Source: Tubulanus polymorphus (Eukaryota > Animalia > Nemertea). From it: a stretch of DNA of 64,000 nucleotides. Both the position numbers and the translations under genes were made by a program. The notes under the pieces were generated by a model that did not search any database, was not told where the DNA came from, and was given only the letters and a program-made list of their open reading frames with translations. Below are positions 1 through 12,946 of the stretch, piece by piece. The DNA is taken from the NCBI RefSeq assembly GCF_964204645.1, contig NC_134032.1, positions 5,320,275 to 5,384,274 of the forward strand, written 5' to 3'. Numbering within the stretch: the first letter of the stretch is position 1; the number at the start of each line of letters is the position of its first letter.

Positions 1-104
1 AATATATTTGAAGCTTTATAACATCAAGGAGATCATGCCGAATTTCACAAAAAATCGGGAATTTTGATATACGTTTATATTGTGACACCTTATGTCAGCT
101 TTGC

Positions 105-1001
105 ATGAGTAGTGCTCATAAATTCTATAACTGCCTGCAAAGGGATAGTGATCGCCGCGATCGTCGCCTTTGCTGTGAATGTGAATCACCCAATCACGTG
201 GTCCGAGACTGTCCGTTAATTAAGGAAACTGTGATCAAACCAGTTTCCAGCGATGAATTAATCACAGCAGTTAACTGTCCGCTAAATCAATCGGTTGAAA
301 GTGATCCCCAAAAATCAGTTCAACCAATATCAGACCCAGCCGACCAAGTTAGCAGGAATACTGATACCCTAGGCGATTCCAACATGCGCGACTTCTTATA
401 CGACGGTGGTACGGTAATTTACCAATCTGGAGCGACAGCTGAAAATATCGACCAATTATTGTCAAAAGTAGACTCTAAAATTTTGGATCGCACTTCCGTT
501 ACCGAGGCTATTGTACACCTCGGCACAGACGACTTCAACCGTTACACGTCAGACATTGGTTGTATTAAACTTAACATGACGCTAGCCATTGCCAAAGTGC
601 AAGAAAAATTTAAAAACGCAAATGTCTGCGTTTCAAGCGTAATTCCGAAGAAAGGGGTTAACCACACTACAAAAGATTTTAATGCTGCATCGAGCATGGT
701 CAACTCGTGCATGGATCGTTTCTGTAGCAAACAAAATCTACTTTTCAATAACAACGATACAATTCTGAAACCTTCTGGATCGATCAGAGATCGCTACTAC
801 AGCCCTAGTGACAAGAATGGCATTCACTTAAACGAACTCAGGAAATCCGCACTCGCATCACACTTCTACAACATTCTTTTTGATAGTCAAGCTGAAGTAT
901 TCAGTACTCCCGTCACGAATAAGCGGAAGGATCGCTCACTAACACAGACACCACCAAGTACCGAAAAAGCAACCAAGAAACAAAATGTTGATAGAAACTA
1001 A
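105..1001 (+). CDS. LINE ORF1: CCHC zinc knuckle plus SGNH/GDSL esterase-like domain
   Basis: CECESPNHVVRDC fits Cx2Cx4Hx4C. SGAT, VHLGTDD and GIHLN match esterase blocks known from CR1/L2 ORF1. Confidence 0.75.
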   Translation: MSSAHKFYNCLQRDSDRRDRRLCCECESPNHVVRDCPLIKETVIKPVSSDELITAVNCPLNQSVESDPQKSVQPISDPADQVSRNTDTLGDSNMRDFLYDGGTVIYQSGATAENIDQLLSKVDSKILDRTSVTEAIVHLGTDDFNRYTSDIGCIKLNMTLAIAKVQEKFKNANVCVSSVIPKKGVNHTTKDFNAASSMVNSCMDRFCSKQNLLFNNNDTILKPSGSIRDRYYSPSDKNGIHLNELRKSALASHFYNILFDSQAEVFSTPVTNKRKDRSLTQTPPSTEKATKKQNVDRN

Positions 1002-1139
1002 ACTGGTATTGTATAGTGGGATATCAAATTATTTGTTCCCAAATATGCTTGAAGTCTCTATAATCTTATTTGATCTGAATACTTTATTTAATCTAAACAT
1101 ATCTATCGAATGGATCTACCTGAAATGGATCAATCTGAA

Positions 1140-3930
1140 ATCTAGTGATGGAGTGCGCTTTAGTGTATTCCATTCTAATGTACGCAGTGCCAGGAAAAAC
1201 TTTGACAGTTTGGCTGAATATATCCATATAATTTACCATGATTTTAGTATAATTGGTTTATCGGAAACTTGGACAGACTCCGATGTACCAAATGAATCTT
1301 TGTTTCATTTACCTGGCTTCACTAGTGTCTTCCGAAGTAGACTAAATAAGGGAGGGGTGGGGTCGGTCTTTTGATCAATAATGCTATATCTTTTAAGATC
1401 AGGGATGACTTAAATCTAGCTGAGTCCTTATTTATTGAAACAACTGCAAATTCTAAACGTAAGCTAATTTTTGGCGTTCTATATCGCGCTCCGGACTCAG
1501 ATTTACTCGATTTTCGGACTGAATTTGATGTATTTGCCCAAGAGGTTAACGGTCTAAATGTTATTCTCATGGGCGATTACAATATTGACTTCGGTAAGTT
1601 TGGCAAAAATTACTGAAGTGACAATTTTATGAATACTGCGATTTCTAATTCCTTTTCGCCCCTCATCACTTTACCTACTCGTGTCACCGAGCACTCTGCG
1701 ACAGTTATTGATAACATTTTATTTAACTTTCTCGACGAATTCCAAACTCTAAGCGGCGTTTTTTAGCTGATCTCACGGATCATTACCCAATTTTGCCGCC
1801 ATTCAAGGTGTGTATGAGACTAAACCCGACAAATCCCCTTCGAAAACGCAGGTCCATGATATTAACTCATGGTCAATTGAACATTTGAACATGTTTGAAC
1901 ATTCTCCCGCTCTTTGTTGGCCAGTAACTGGCAGAATGTATATAATAATGACGACCCTGAGATGTCGTGTAACGAATTTTATAAAATTGTGAACAGCTAT
2001 TATGATACATGTTTCCCTATTAAACAAATCACACCGAGAAAAGCCAATAAGCCGTCGGTTACAAATGATATCAGAAACTCTACCAAGTGTAAAGATAAAT
2101 TATATAAGAGATATTTAAAGAATAAAAACCAAGCAGAGTCAAGACATGTGTTAAATGCGTAGAAATATGTTAAATGCTCTACTTAAGAAAAGTAGAGAAA
2201 TGTATTATAAAGGGAAATTTATCATGTAAAACGGATCCAAAGGAAATATGGAAAACTATTAACACTTTATTCAGTTAGGCCAAACATAAGGGCAACGAGG
2301 GCCAGTTTTTGCACGAAAATATGGTATTGATTAATGCGAAAGAAATATCCAATGAATTCAATAATTATTTTGTAAATATAGCTACACAATTAGAATCTCA
2401 GATACCCGCATCAGAAAATGCCTTTAAAGATTTTCTTGGCGAAAAAAATAATGACAATTTTTTTCTATGTCCTACCTGTTCTAGAGAAATTTAAGAAATA
2501 GTTATGAATATTAAAAACAAAGCTTCCAGCGAATGTGATAATATCAGTATGACAATGCTCAAAGCTATTATATCCTCAATTTCCAAGCCTTTGTCTCATA
2601 TCTTTAATTGCAGCTTCATTTCGGGAGTTTTAGCAATTATCGCCCAATTTCTATCCTTCCATCGACCTCTAAAATTATAGAAAATCTAGTCTATAACAGG
2701 TTATTGAAATATCTAGATAAGTTTAACCTTTCAGCTGAGCGCCAATTTGGCTTCAGGAAAAACCGTTCCACGGCCTCAGCACTAACTTTCATCACTGACA
2801 AAATAGTTGAATCTTTTGATAAGGGCCTCATTACAGCCGGTGTATTTATCGATCTGTCCAAAGCATTTGACACTATCAACCATAAAATTCTAATTACTAA
2901 ACTAGAACATTATGGTATCCGTGGTTCCCCCTTAAGTGGGTTCCTTATTATTTCCTGGATAGGAAACAGGCTGTAAAGTTTAATAACTGTTTATCTAACC
3001 ACAAAATTATTACTTCCGGAGTCCCACAGGGGTCTATTTTAGGTCCCCTACTGTTTCTTATTTATATAAATGACTGTCCATCCTCTTGTAAGCTTTTACA
3101 ATCAATACTATTTGCCGATGTCAGCAACTTTTTTTACAGTGAGCATACATTAAATTCGGTACTATCAAATTTATTACAGTGGTTTAGAGCCAATAGATTA
3201 TCTGTAAATATAGATAAAACTCAGTATATGGTATTTGGCAATAGGGGCCACCTAGGACTTAATATCTTTCTTGGAGATAAAATCATTAATCGTGTTGATA
3301 GTGCAAAATTTTTAGGTGTAATTTTTGATCGTAATTTAACATGGAAAGATTATATATCGTCTGACTGTTAAAAAGGTTTCTCGGGGTATTGGAATAATTA
3401 ATTGACTCAAAAAGTTCCTGCCATTCGATATTCTCAAAAATCTCTATCCGATATTCTCAAAAATCTCTATCATTGTTTTGTCCACTCGCATTTGCAATAT
3501 GCAAATCTTGTTTGGGGTAACGCCCGTACATCATATTTACAACCTTTATTTATACTACAAAAAGGCCCTTAGAACCATTACTCAATCCTATTGGCTTGAA
3601 CACACCTCTCCAATATTTCGCAAACTACATATTCTAAACTGGAAGACATCCACAAATTCCAAATTGGTTATTTTGTCTTCCAACAGGTTAGCCATCTCCT
3701 ACCTGAAATTTTCAATCATTTCTTTAACTTCAGAAACAACATTTATAGATGAAGGCCGATTCGCAGGCCACGGGACCTACATATAGCATTTGCTAATTCC
3801 AATTACAAATACAAGTCTGTCAAAATCCAAGGGGCCAAATTCTGGAACAGTTTAAGCACAAGCCTCAAATGTCCTCAATCTCCATCAGCTTTTAAAAATA
3901 GTCTTCATCATTTCCTTAGTTCTAAATATT
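1140..3930 (+). pseudogene. LINE ORF2 (AP endonuclease + reverse transcriptase), many stops and frameshifts
   Basis: ORF pieces 985-1374, 1371-1616, 1914-2162, 2309-2494, 2608-2976 and 3478-3786 carry collinear APE/RT motifs. Confidence 0.88.
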
Positions 3931-5244
3931 GATTGATACCCTTTGCGTGCTACTTGCTTGTTCTTCCATTTTGAATATATAATGTATCCTAATGTTTGGT
4001 AACGTGTGCACATGAGAGTGAATGAGGGTGTGCATGTGGGAGTGAATGGACGAGGGATTAGGACTAGTTTAAGCCAACTTTGGCTTTTCCTGATTCCTCG
4101 TATAATCTATTGCTACAATGATTGATTGTTATTATATTTTCATACTGTATCGTATTGTGTAATTACATATCTTTGTATCAATCTATTATGCAAAATAAAC
4201 TTAACTTAACTTAACAATTGAACTGATGTTTCAACGAATATGGGTTTTTGTAGGAGCGCCACCTAGGGGTCAATACACGTATTGCTCAATATGGACTACT
4301 AAGTCCAACGTGCGCGAGGATAAAGTATAGTCAGAATTGCTGAGGGTATTCCTTTAGTTGAAAACCGACAATTCAGATTTTTTATAACTAAATTTTAACG
4401 TCTTTGGTATCGTGATTGTGGGACCAATATTTAGCTTTGAGGGCAACGGATATACTGTTATTAAACAAAGCAGTCCCCTAGTGGCAGTTGTATGGACGTA
4501 TACCGATTAAAGTGTATATACCAAGCATTTTTATATGAATAGTGTGAATTTCTAAATTGCACTAAAAGAACTGAAGTCGAAATTTTTTTTCGAAAGGATT
4601 TTCATTTTCCGTTCTTTCATAGTGGCAAGGGTAGCAACTATATTTGTGTGTAGAAATTTTCATTGAAACTTATTGATCACATTTAGCGAACACTAAATTA
4701 AAATCTTACCAGTTTTGGGAAGAAAATGAAGAAAATGAAAGAAATTCCTCATTGGACGGCCCAGACCTTGGTGGTTCAGCTTGATTTCATTAATTCGTAC
4801 AAGCGTCAACTTCACCACAAAACACCTTATTTACGGACTAGTTTATTAAGTATCTATGGGCTATAGAGCACCATATGTCGGCCTATGATCTCGAGTTCCA
4901 ATCACGATTCCGTAAGCAATTCGTGTACATACTACTGTAGGTCACTTTAATTTTTCCAATTTCCAAATCACTTGAATGTATTGCTTAATCATTGAAATTA
5001 GACTGACAACTTGTGCCATCTATCAAGGAAATAACATAATCAATTAACTCATTGACGATATACACCCGATTCCTTGTCGTTTAAAATATGTTCTGAGATA
5101 TGATACTGAAAAACTGAATCGACTTTTCCCATGGGTACATAAAAAAACCAAAATCATTTTTTCATCAGTATAAACATATTCAGGTGCGGATCTAGACGGG
5201 AGCACGCGGAGCACGTGCTCCTGTCGCAAATTCTGAGTGCCCTT

Positions 5245-5767
5245 TGTAGCGGGCTTATTTTCCTAACCATTTGGTTTTACTCTATTTTACTTTACGTCCG
5301 GTACGTTGTCCGGTCCGGGACCGCAGTTTAGTGTGGAGTGTGCGGGCGCGTGTTTAGAAAGTTCGTGACCTGCCCAATATATTAGTTTTACCCTCAGTTC
5401 TTGAGGCTTCACTGTCGGTGAGTGCATTCTCTATTGTTTGTTTAGGATGTATAGGCTATATTGACGTATGTTGTGCAAATCTCCTGAGAGAGTTGTATCA
5501 CTGGTTTTCGAGATTGGCACTCGCATGCCAGAGGCTGATACCCTTAAGGTTATAGGACGTTTCCTGGTTTTACTTGACTTGATTATTCGTGAGTTGATTA
5601 CTTAGTATTTTTCTTAGTGTGTTTTCATTTCTTGTCTTTTTAGTCAATCGTAGTTTACTGTTTGACGTCGGATCTTGTGTGATGTCTATATGCAATGTAA
5701 AGAATGTGATCTGACATTTGTACTCCTGAGTCTGAGAAGATTAAATAAACGAAAGCAGTAATAACAC
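5245..5767 (+). repeat. BEL 5' LTR (3' end approximate)
   Basis: Matches 11075-12011 up to about 5631. AATAAA at about 5744 and ...TAACA at 5767 suggest the LTR end. Confidence 0.7.
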
Positions 5768-5848
5768 GCATATGACGGAAGCTAATTAGTGGTTTTATTA
5801 ACTTAGTCAGAACTGAAGGATATTACATTATTGACGACAACGCCACCT

Positions 5849-8800
5849 AAGATGTCTGATGTCAGTTATTTGGAGCAATATACCACCGGTGAGGCGAACG
5901 AGGTGGTGTCGGGATTTACGTTCATGGATCCTGAGGCCGTTTAGTTGGCAGCTATGACTGAGTTAAAGGAGAGATATGGTGACTCTGAGGTCATTGCGCA
6001 TGCATTTATTAATAAAGCGCTTTCATGGCCCGCGATTAACCAAGTATTAGATGGTGAACAAGGTAGCAAGTCTTTCGATAAGAGATACGTGAAATACGAT
6101 AAAGGCAAACGTGCCTATGCTACTTGTAGTACGACGTCGGTCGGTGTCGGTAGCAGCAGCGACCCTCCCTCCCAGTGTAAAACTAAGTCCGGTTATGATA
6201 AACCATGTTAACATGGCGGTGATGAAAGGCATAACCTACTAAATTGTGCGACGTTCGCTAACATGTCGGATTCCCAGAAAACGGAATCAATTAAGAACGC
6301 TAGACTCATTTTCGGTTGTCTCCGTCCAGGACACATGAAAAAGTTCTGAAAACAACCGTTGGAATGTTTGAAATGCAATAGAAAGCACGCAACGTTCATG
6401 CATTTCGAGAGACCTCTACCGCGAACAACGGCGTCTGATGAGAAAATTGGTCTATCCACGACTCGGGAGGAAACAACGAATGTAGCTTCGATAATCGGAC
6501 ACACCAACGATGGTTACGATTCGGGAGTTCTCGCGATTGTCCCGGTGAAAGTTGGGCTACCCAACAGCCCATACAAGGTCAGTACCTATGCGTTTTATGA
6601 TGGAGGTAGTTCTGGAACACACGCAACAGAACTCATAAAGCGAAAACTTGGAGCTACGGGACCGAAGTGCAAAGTTAAATTCGACACGGTTTTCGCGCGT
6701 CATGAAGGGGATAGCTATAAAATCGGCACGCTAGTCGTCTCCGACTGGAATGAAAAAGACACGGTAAAACTGAGTAAAGCGTCTACAATGAAAGACATTC
6801 GCGTTTCAAGGTCATTTATCCCGCGTCAAGAGGATATCGTGAAATGGCCGCACTTAGCAGACCTGGATATACCTGACTTAGACATGGAGATCGGTCTCAT
6901 TATAGGCCTAGGTTACAACAGTGTTGATGCATGTCGGCCGATCGAGTTGCGTCCTGGTTCCTCAGGAACACCGTTCGCTACCAAGACTAAACTTGGTTGG
7001 GTGGTTTGGGGCCTTATTAAGGACCCAGACCCACATTCGAGACCTATGTGTAACTTTATCGCTAGTTCCACGACTACGGAGAACCTAGAAAACTTAGTTG
7101 CTACGGCTATGAAGTTCGACTTCCCCGAACGGCAATCCGAGGGGAAACAAGAAATGTCGGTCTTAGACAAACAGTTCATGAGTTCGATCGAAAGTTCGCT
7201 GAAGCTTAAGGACGGACACTACGAGATCGGGCTCCCACTCCGTGAAAACTGTAAATTACCGAACAATCGAAACATGGCGTTAAAGAGGCTGATGGGTCTC
7301 AAGTCGAAATTTCGAACGGATGGAAATTACCATGATCAGTATAAATTATTCGTGAGCGATATGATTAGGTTAGGCTACGCCGAAGTGGTTCCGGTCGAAC
7401 TCAGCAATGACGAAAATGTGTGGTACTTGCCCCACCACGGCGTGTACCACCCTCAAAAACCTAATAAGGTGCGCGTAGTATTCGACGCCTCAGCGAAATT
7501 TCAGGGGATTGCTTTGAATGATGTACTCTTGCAAGGCCCAGATGTCACGAATTCGTTGATTGGAGTTCTTCATCGCTTCCGCGAAGGCCAGGTGGCGCTA
7601 AAGGCCGACATCGAGAAGATGTTTTTTTCAGGTACGTGTTCCCGAAAACGACCGAGATTTCTTGAGATTCTTGTGGTTCGAAGACGGTGATATAGAGAAA
7701 GGAATCGTTTGCTTGCGCATGAAAGTCCATATGTTTAGCGCCGTCAGTTCGCTAGCGTGTGCGAACATCGCCTTACAGTGTACGGCTACAGATAATGCGG
7801 TTAAATTCAGTACTGAAATCGTCAAGTCGATAGCTCGAAACTTTTATGTCGATGATTTTCTTAAATGCCCATTCAAAATCGCCGAATCCGAAGAATTAGC
7901 CGTCAGTACACGAAACCTTTGTAGGAAAGGTGGATTCAATCTTACGAAATGGTCATCGAACAAGATCACTGCGTTAAATAGTATTCTCCCAGATCGGGTT
8001 GATGAAACTAAACAAGAGGACTCAGCCTTAGGGATGAAATGGTCCATTGTTGATGATACATTGTCATTCATTGTCTATATTAAGAACAATCCTACTACGA
8101 GACGCGGAGTGCTGTCAACAACTAGTGCGACGTATGATCCGATAGGGTTTATCGCACCTGCAATATTGCCGGCAAAGCTGCTATTGCAGCAGCTGACTTG
8201 TCGGAAAGCTGATTGGGATGAATGTTTAAATGACACAGAGTTGATCGAATGGAAGAACTGGCTCACTGCGATGGAAAATGTTGACAAAGTCCAGGTAACC
8301 CACAGCTTGCGTCCGTCAGGTACTGTTAACAACGAAATTATATCATGCGAAATTCACTGTTTTTCGGATGCGAGCGAAGTCGGATATGGGTCGTCGTTGT
8401 ATGCTCGACTGGAAGATAGCGATGGAAATGTCCAGTGTTCGTTGATTCTTGGTAAATCCAGGGTTGCTCCATTGAAACGACTGTCGATTCCGCGGTTGGA
8501 GCTCACTGCAGCGGCCATGTTTGTCCGGCTGTGTAATATGATGCTGCAGGAGAACGACTTAGAAGTCACCGATACGGTTTTCTGGACTGATAGTTCCATA
8601 GTCCTATGCTACATTAAAAATGAATCGAGTAGGTTTAACACATTCGTTGCGAACCGTGTCTCGTGTATTCAGCGGAGTTCAGATGTAGACAAATGGCGTC
8701 ATGTTAGGACCGCTGAAAATCCGGCTGATTTGGCATCGTGTGGCATGACTCTCGATGAATCATCTTTGAAGCGATGGCTTCATGGCCCTGAGTTTCTGAG

Positions 8801-10412
8801 TAAACCGAAATCGGAGTGGCCAGACACCCGCGTAGGCAATAACGTCGTTTCGCTCGACGGTGATCCAGAAGTGAAGCGTGTTACAACGATCAACACTACG
8901 TTGGCTGTAGATCTGCCGGAAGACGAGCATCCAGTTGACAGAATCCTTAGACGTCGGTCGCAGTGGTCTCGTGTTAAACGTATATTGGCATGGGTCCAGC
9001 TAGCGGTGAAAAAGTTCAAGCGTCAGTCGTTAGATAAGTTCGAGCTCATAACCGCTGATTTAATCGCAGCTGAACTATTGATTATTTCGCATGTTCAAAA
9101 GCAAGACTTTCCCGAAGTCTACCGTCGCTTGGAGGAAGGTCACGAGTTAAAAAAGAAGTGTAATCTTAGGAAGTTAGATCCCAGGTTAAACAAAGATGAG
9201 GGTGTTATTAGGGTTGGTGGCCGTCTTAGTTATGCCAGTCTTGCTTATGATCAGAAACATCAAATCTTGCTAACGAGCAGATCCAGATTAGCTACAATAC
9301 TGATCGAAGACGCGCATCGTAAAGTTGGTCATCTAGGTTGCGAGAGTATTCTAGCGTACCTCAGGACACGATACTGGATGACTCAAGCGCGTAAATCAAT
9401 CAAAAGTTTCCGAGGGAAGTGTATCGTGTGTATCACTTCTGATAGTCCGCCTGGCAATCAGAAAATGTCGGACTTACCGATCGAGCGTGTCACGCCAGAC
9501 AAACCAGCATTCGCAAACTCCGGTGCGGACTATTTCGGGCCGATCGAAATTAAAAGCGGTCGAAGCGTGGTGAAAAGGTACGGCGTGATATTCACCTGTT
9601 TGGCTAGTCGCGCAATTCACCTCGAAGTAGCGTACTCGCTTGATAGCGACTCGTGTATAAATGCTACCAGGCGATTCATGGCATGACGGGGAAATGTGAA
9701 ATCGATAAGGTCGGATAACGGTACGAATCTTGTGGCTGCTGATCGCGAATTGAAGGAATCCATTAAAGGCTGGAACGCCTCAGTTATTCATGATTCATTG
9801 CTTCAGGATGGCGTCGATTGGTCCTTCAATCCCCCTGCTGGTTCGCACTTCGGGGGTGTGTGGGAAAGGCTAATCCGTTCACTCCGCAGAGTGTTGAGAT
9901 CGTTGATGAAGGAGCAAATGACACGCTTGGATGACGAGTCGTTTCACACGCTCCTATGCGAAGTGGAGAGTATTCTAAATAATCGGCCGATCACGAGAAT
10001 CTCGTCAGACCCCGCGGACATGGAAGTTTTGACCCCGAACCACGTGCTGTTATATAAACCTGGTCTATGTTTACCTCCAGGTGTGTTCGTTAAGACGGAC
10101 ATGTACGTAAAACGCAGGTGGCGCCAGATTCAGTATTTAGCGGACATTTTTAGGAAGCGCTGGATAGCAGAGTACATTCCTACATTGCAAGTACGTCAAA
10201 AGTGGCTAACTCAAAATCGAAATGTAGCTGTCGGAGATATAGTTTTGGTAGCAGACAGTACACCAAGAAACTCGTGGGCAATGGCTAAGGTCATTGAGGT
10301 GCTTCCGGACAAATATGGTGCAGTACGCGTAGTTCGGATTAAAACTAAAACAAATGAGTTGATCCGTCCCATAGACAAGTTGGTTTTATTACTGGAGGTC
10401 GATGAGGAATAG
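5849..10412 (+). pseudogene. BEL/Pao gag remnant + pol (protease, RT, RNase H/peptidase A17, integrase, DUF5641-like tail)
   Basis: FYDGGSSGT protease; YLPHHGV/RVVFDAS/ADIEKMF/NFYVDD RT; FSDASEVGYG and NPADLAS RNase H; DYFGP, SDNGTN and GGVWER integrase. Frameshift at about 7625 and stop at 9684. Confidence 0.93.
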
Positions 10413-11074
10413 TGTGTAAACCATCCATAGATATAAGTTTTGATCGTTTAAATTTTTGACAGATGTATGTATGCCTAGTTGGTACAGTGGTATTGTATCA
10501 TGTTCTTATTCCCTCACTCAGGGTGAGATGGTTTTGCCGTTAAGGTGTGTTCTAATCTGTGATGCTGCTGTATCCATTTAGTTTAGTAATAGTGGTTCAT
10601 TTTGCAGCAGTGGTGTATAATTGCTAGTTGTTATTTTCTGCTGAGTAGTTTGCGTAAATTGTATAGGATACCATTCTTAAAATGAGTCCGTTAGTAGTAC
10701 TATCTTCCTGTATTAAGTTTTAGGTTCGTTTATGAGGATGCGAACTCTTATGTCATAAGAGATAAGTTGAACTCAAATATTTATGGGTCTGGTGTTCTTA
10801 TTGTGTAGATGCGAAATTAACTTCAGGTTCACATGAGTTGAGTAATTTTTCGTAAGATCGAATATTCAGGTTAATTCTGTTTAAGTCCAGTCGTGTGTGC
10901 GTTGCTCTGATGTATTTAGTTTGCTTAGGTGCATATTATTTTGTTAGATGTATGCATACATTGTATATGTTATTCTGTTATAAACTTTTTGTAAAGAGTT
11001 TGCACTTAACCTCAGAGGCCTTTTTTTACTATTGTAATGTGGTGGAGAAATTGCAATGCAATTTCGGGGGCCGG

Positions 11075-12011
11075 TGTAGCGGGCTTATTTTCCTAACCAT
11101 TTGGTTTTACTCTATTTTACTTTACGTCCGGTACGTTGTCCGGTCCGGGACCGCAGTTTAGTGTGGAGTGTGCGGGCGCGTGTTTAGAAAATTCGTGACC
11201 TGCCCAATATATTAGTTTTATCCTCAGTTCTTGAGGCTTCACTGTCGGTGAGTGCATTCTCTATTGTTTGTTTAGGATGTATAGGCTATATTGACGTATG
11301 TTATTTCTGTGTAAATCTCCTGGGAGAGTTGTATCACTGGTTTTTGAGATTGGCACTCGCATGCCAGAGGCTGATACCCTTAAGGTTATAGGACGTTTCC
11401 TGGTTTTACTAATGTCTATTTATTAATGGATGAGACCTGTTTTTCTTGGATATTTTGCTTAATTTTTGGGGTACATACCTCATTTATGTCTTAACAGAAT
11501 GCCAAAAATCGCGGACAACAACTGAATATCCGATATATTTCCAGTTCAGTACCAATTAGATGGATTGGCAAAAAGACTCCTTAAGTCCAGTTGAATGAGA
11601 GAGAAAATCCTCCATTTTGTGAAATTTCTTGAATTTTTACATTGTCACCATGCCTACGAAATGAAGTTATTTTTCTTGTGGGGTCTCAACAACTAAATCA
11701 GGGTGGCGTAGGCATGGTAACAATGTTCAAATCCAAGAAACTTGACAAAATGGAGGATTTTCTCTCTCATTCAACTGGACTTAAGGAGTCTTTTTGCCAA
11801 TCCATCTAATTGGTACAGAACTGGAAATATATCGGATATTCAGTTGTTGTCCGCGATTTTTGGCATTCTGTTAAGACATAAATGAGGTATGTACCCCAAA
11901 AAGTAAGCAAAATATCCCAGAAAAACAGGTCTCATCAATTAATAAATAGACATTAGACTTGATTATTCGTGAGTTGATTACTTAGTATTTTTCTTAGTGT
12001 GTGTTCATTTC
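11075..12011 (+). repeat. BEL 3' LTR, truncated and interrupted by a MITE
   Basis: Direct repeat of 5245-5631 with an insertion at 11412-11953. Confidence 0.9.
11412..11953. mobile_element. Palindromic (foldback) MITE, probable TA target duplication
   Basis: Arms of about 250 bp (ATGTCTATTTATTAAT...ATTAATAAATAGACAT) are nearly perfectly complementary. The insert is absent from the 5' LTR and is flanked by TA. Confidence 0.9.
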
Positions 12012-12647
12012 AATTCAATTCAAAAATTTTCTGGATGCTTCGCGCCTTCGCCGCTCGCCTGTCATGGATAGTGCCTTTTCTTATGAATTGACCTTTTTAA
12101 ATTCTGTGCTCCTGTCATTGTCTGCCTCTAGATCCGCCCCTGATATTTCTAGTTATATTCCCTGTACCACATGCGAGCGCAGTCGTCATACACCGGATGT
12201 TAGTGTATATAGTGGAATTGACTTTGGATCACTCAATTGCACTTCGTATAATAACATAATCTACTTTTCGCTGCAGAATCAGATTATTTCATTGACGGCG
12301 ATTTTTTGCTGAATTAAATATCGGTTGCGCATTTCTAAGATAGGTGAGGCTAAATTCTTTTATAAAAGCTATGCTACGACAGATCTTACTGAAAGTCTGC
12401 AATGGCCTTAAACCCAAACAATTGGAGTCTAAAGTACGAAACGACGAAATAACGAAATACGAAGAAAAATTACTATAAAACAACGAAACGCGAAGCGAAA
12501 TGTTAATTTTTTGCGATTAGTGATAAAGTACGAAACGCATAGGTCACAAGCCTGGGTTTATTGGGTACTGTTTTCTAAAAAAAGAACAATTACACCCAAA
12601 ACACCAACACCTATCATTCTAAAAGTTCAGGTTTTAGCGTTTAGTGG

Positions 12648-12946
12648 TGGGAGGAATAAGCATCCCTAAGTCAATATACTTTGAATATAAGACTCGGGTC
12701 AATTTTCCTATATTTGACATATCACTATATTTCGAATATCAGACCAGGTTCATTTTCCTTCGTTTGACATTGGGAGGAACATTCCTCCCAATGTCAATAC
12801 TTTGAATATCAGACCTGAAGGCCAAATTCTCTTCGTTTGGCCTTCGGAGGAATATTCCTACCAAAGTCATTTGTTCGGATATCACACCCCTTGGTCAAGT
12901 TTCCATCGTTTGTTGACTTTTGGAGGAATGTTCCTCTCGCTGTCAA
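12648..12946. repeat. Degenerate tandem array of about 70-bp units with palindromic GGAGGAA-NN-TTCCTC cores
   Basis: About 4 units. The best forms the hairpin TTGACATTGGGAGGAA-CA-TTCCTCCCCAATGTCAA (about 12764-12797). Confidence 0.65.

Larger units (their letters stand above)
105..4215 (+). mobile_element. Degenerate non-LTR retrotransposon (L2/Crack/CR1 group LINE)
   Basis: ORF1 (105-1001) is followed by frameshifted APE motifs (IIGLSETW, GVLYRAP, MGDYNID) and RT motifs (NYRPISILP, QFGFR, FIDLSKAFDT, GVPQGSILGP, LFAD). It ends in a 3' UTR with AATAAA and a (CTTAA)n tail at about 4194-4215. Confidence 0.9.
5245..12011 (+). mobile_element. BEL/Pao LTR retrotransposon (gag largely deleted, pol disrupted)
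   Basis: Near-identical LTRs start TGTAGCGGGC at 5245 and 11075. A purine-rich TTTCGGGGGCCGG precedes the 3' LTR. pol carries BEL-type motifs. Confidence 0.95.
5181..12142. mobile_element. Short non-autonomous hAT-like DNA transposon (about 200 bp) split by the BEL insertion
   Basis: TIRs are CAGGTGCGGATCTAGA (5181) and TCTAGATCCGCCCCTG (ends 12142). ATATT flanks both sides (5-bp TSD). Confidence 0.7.
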
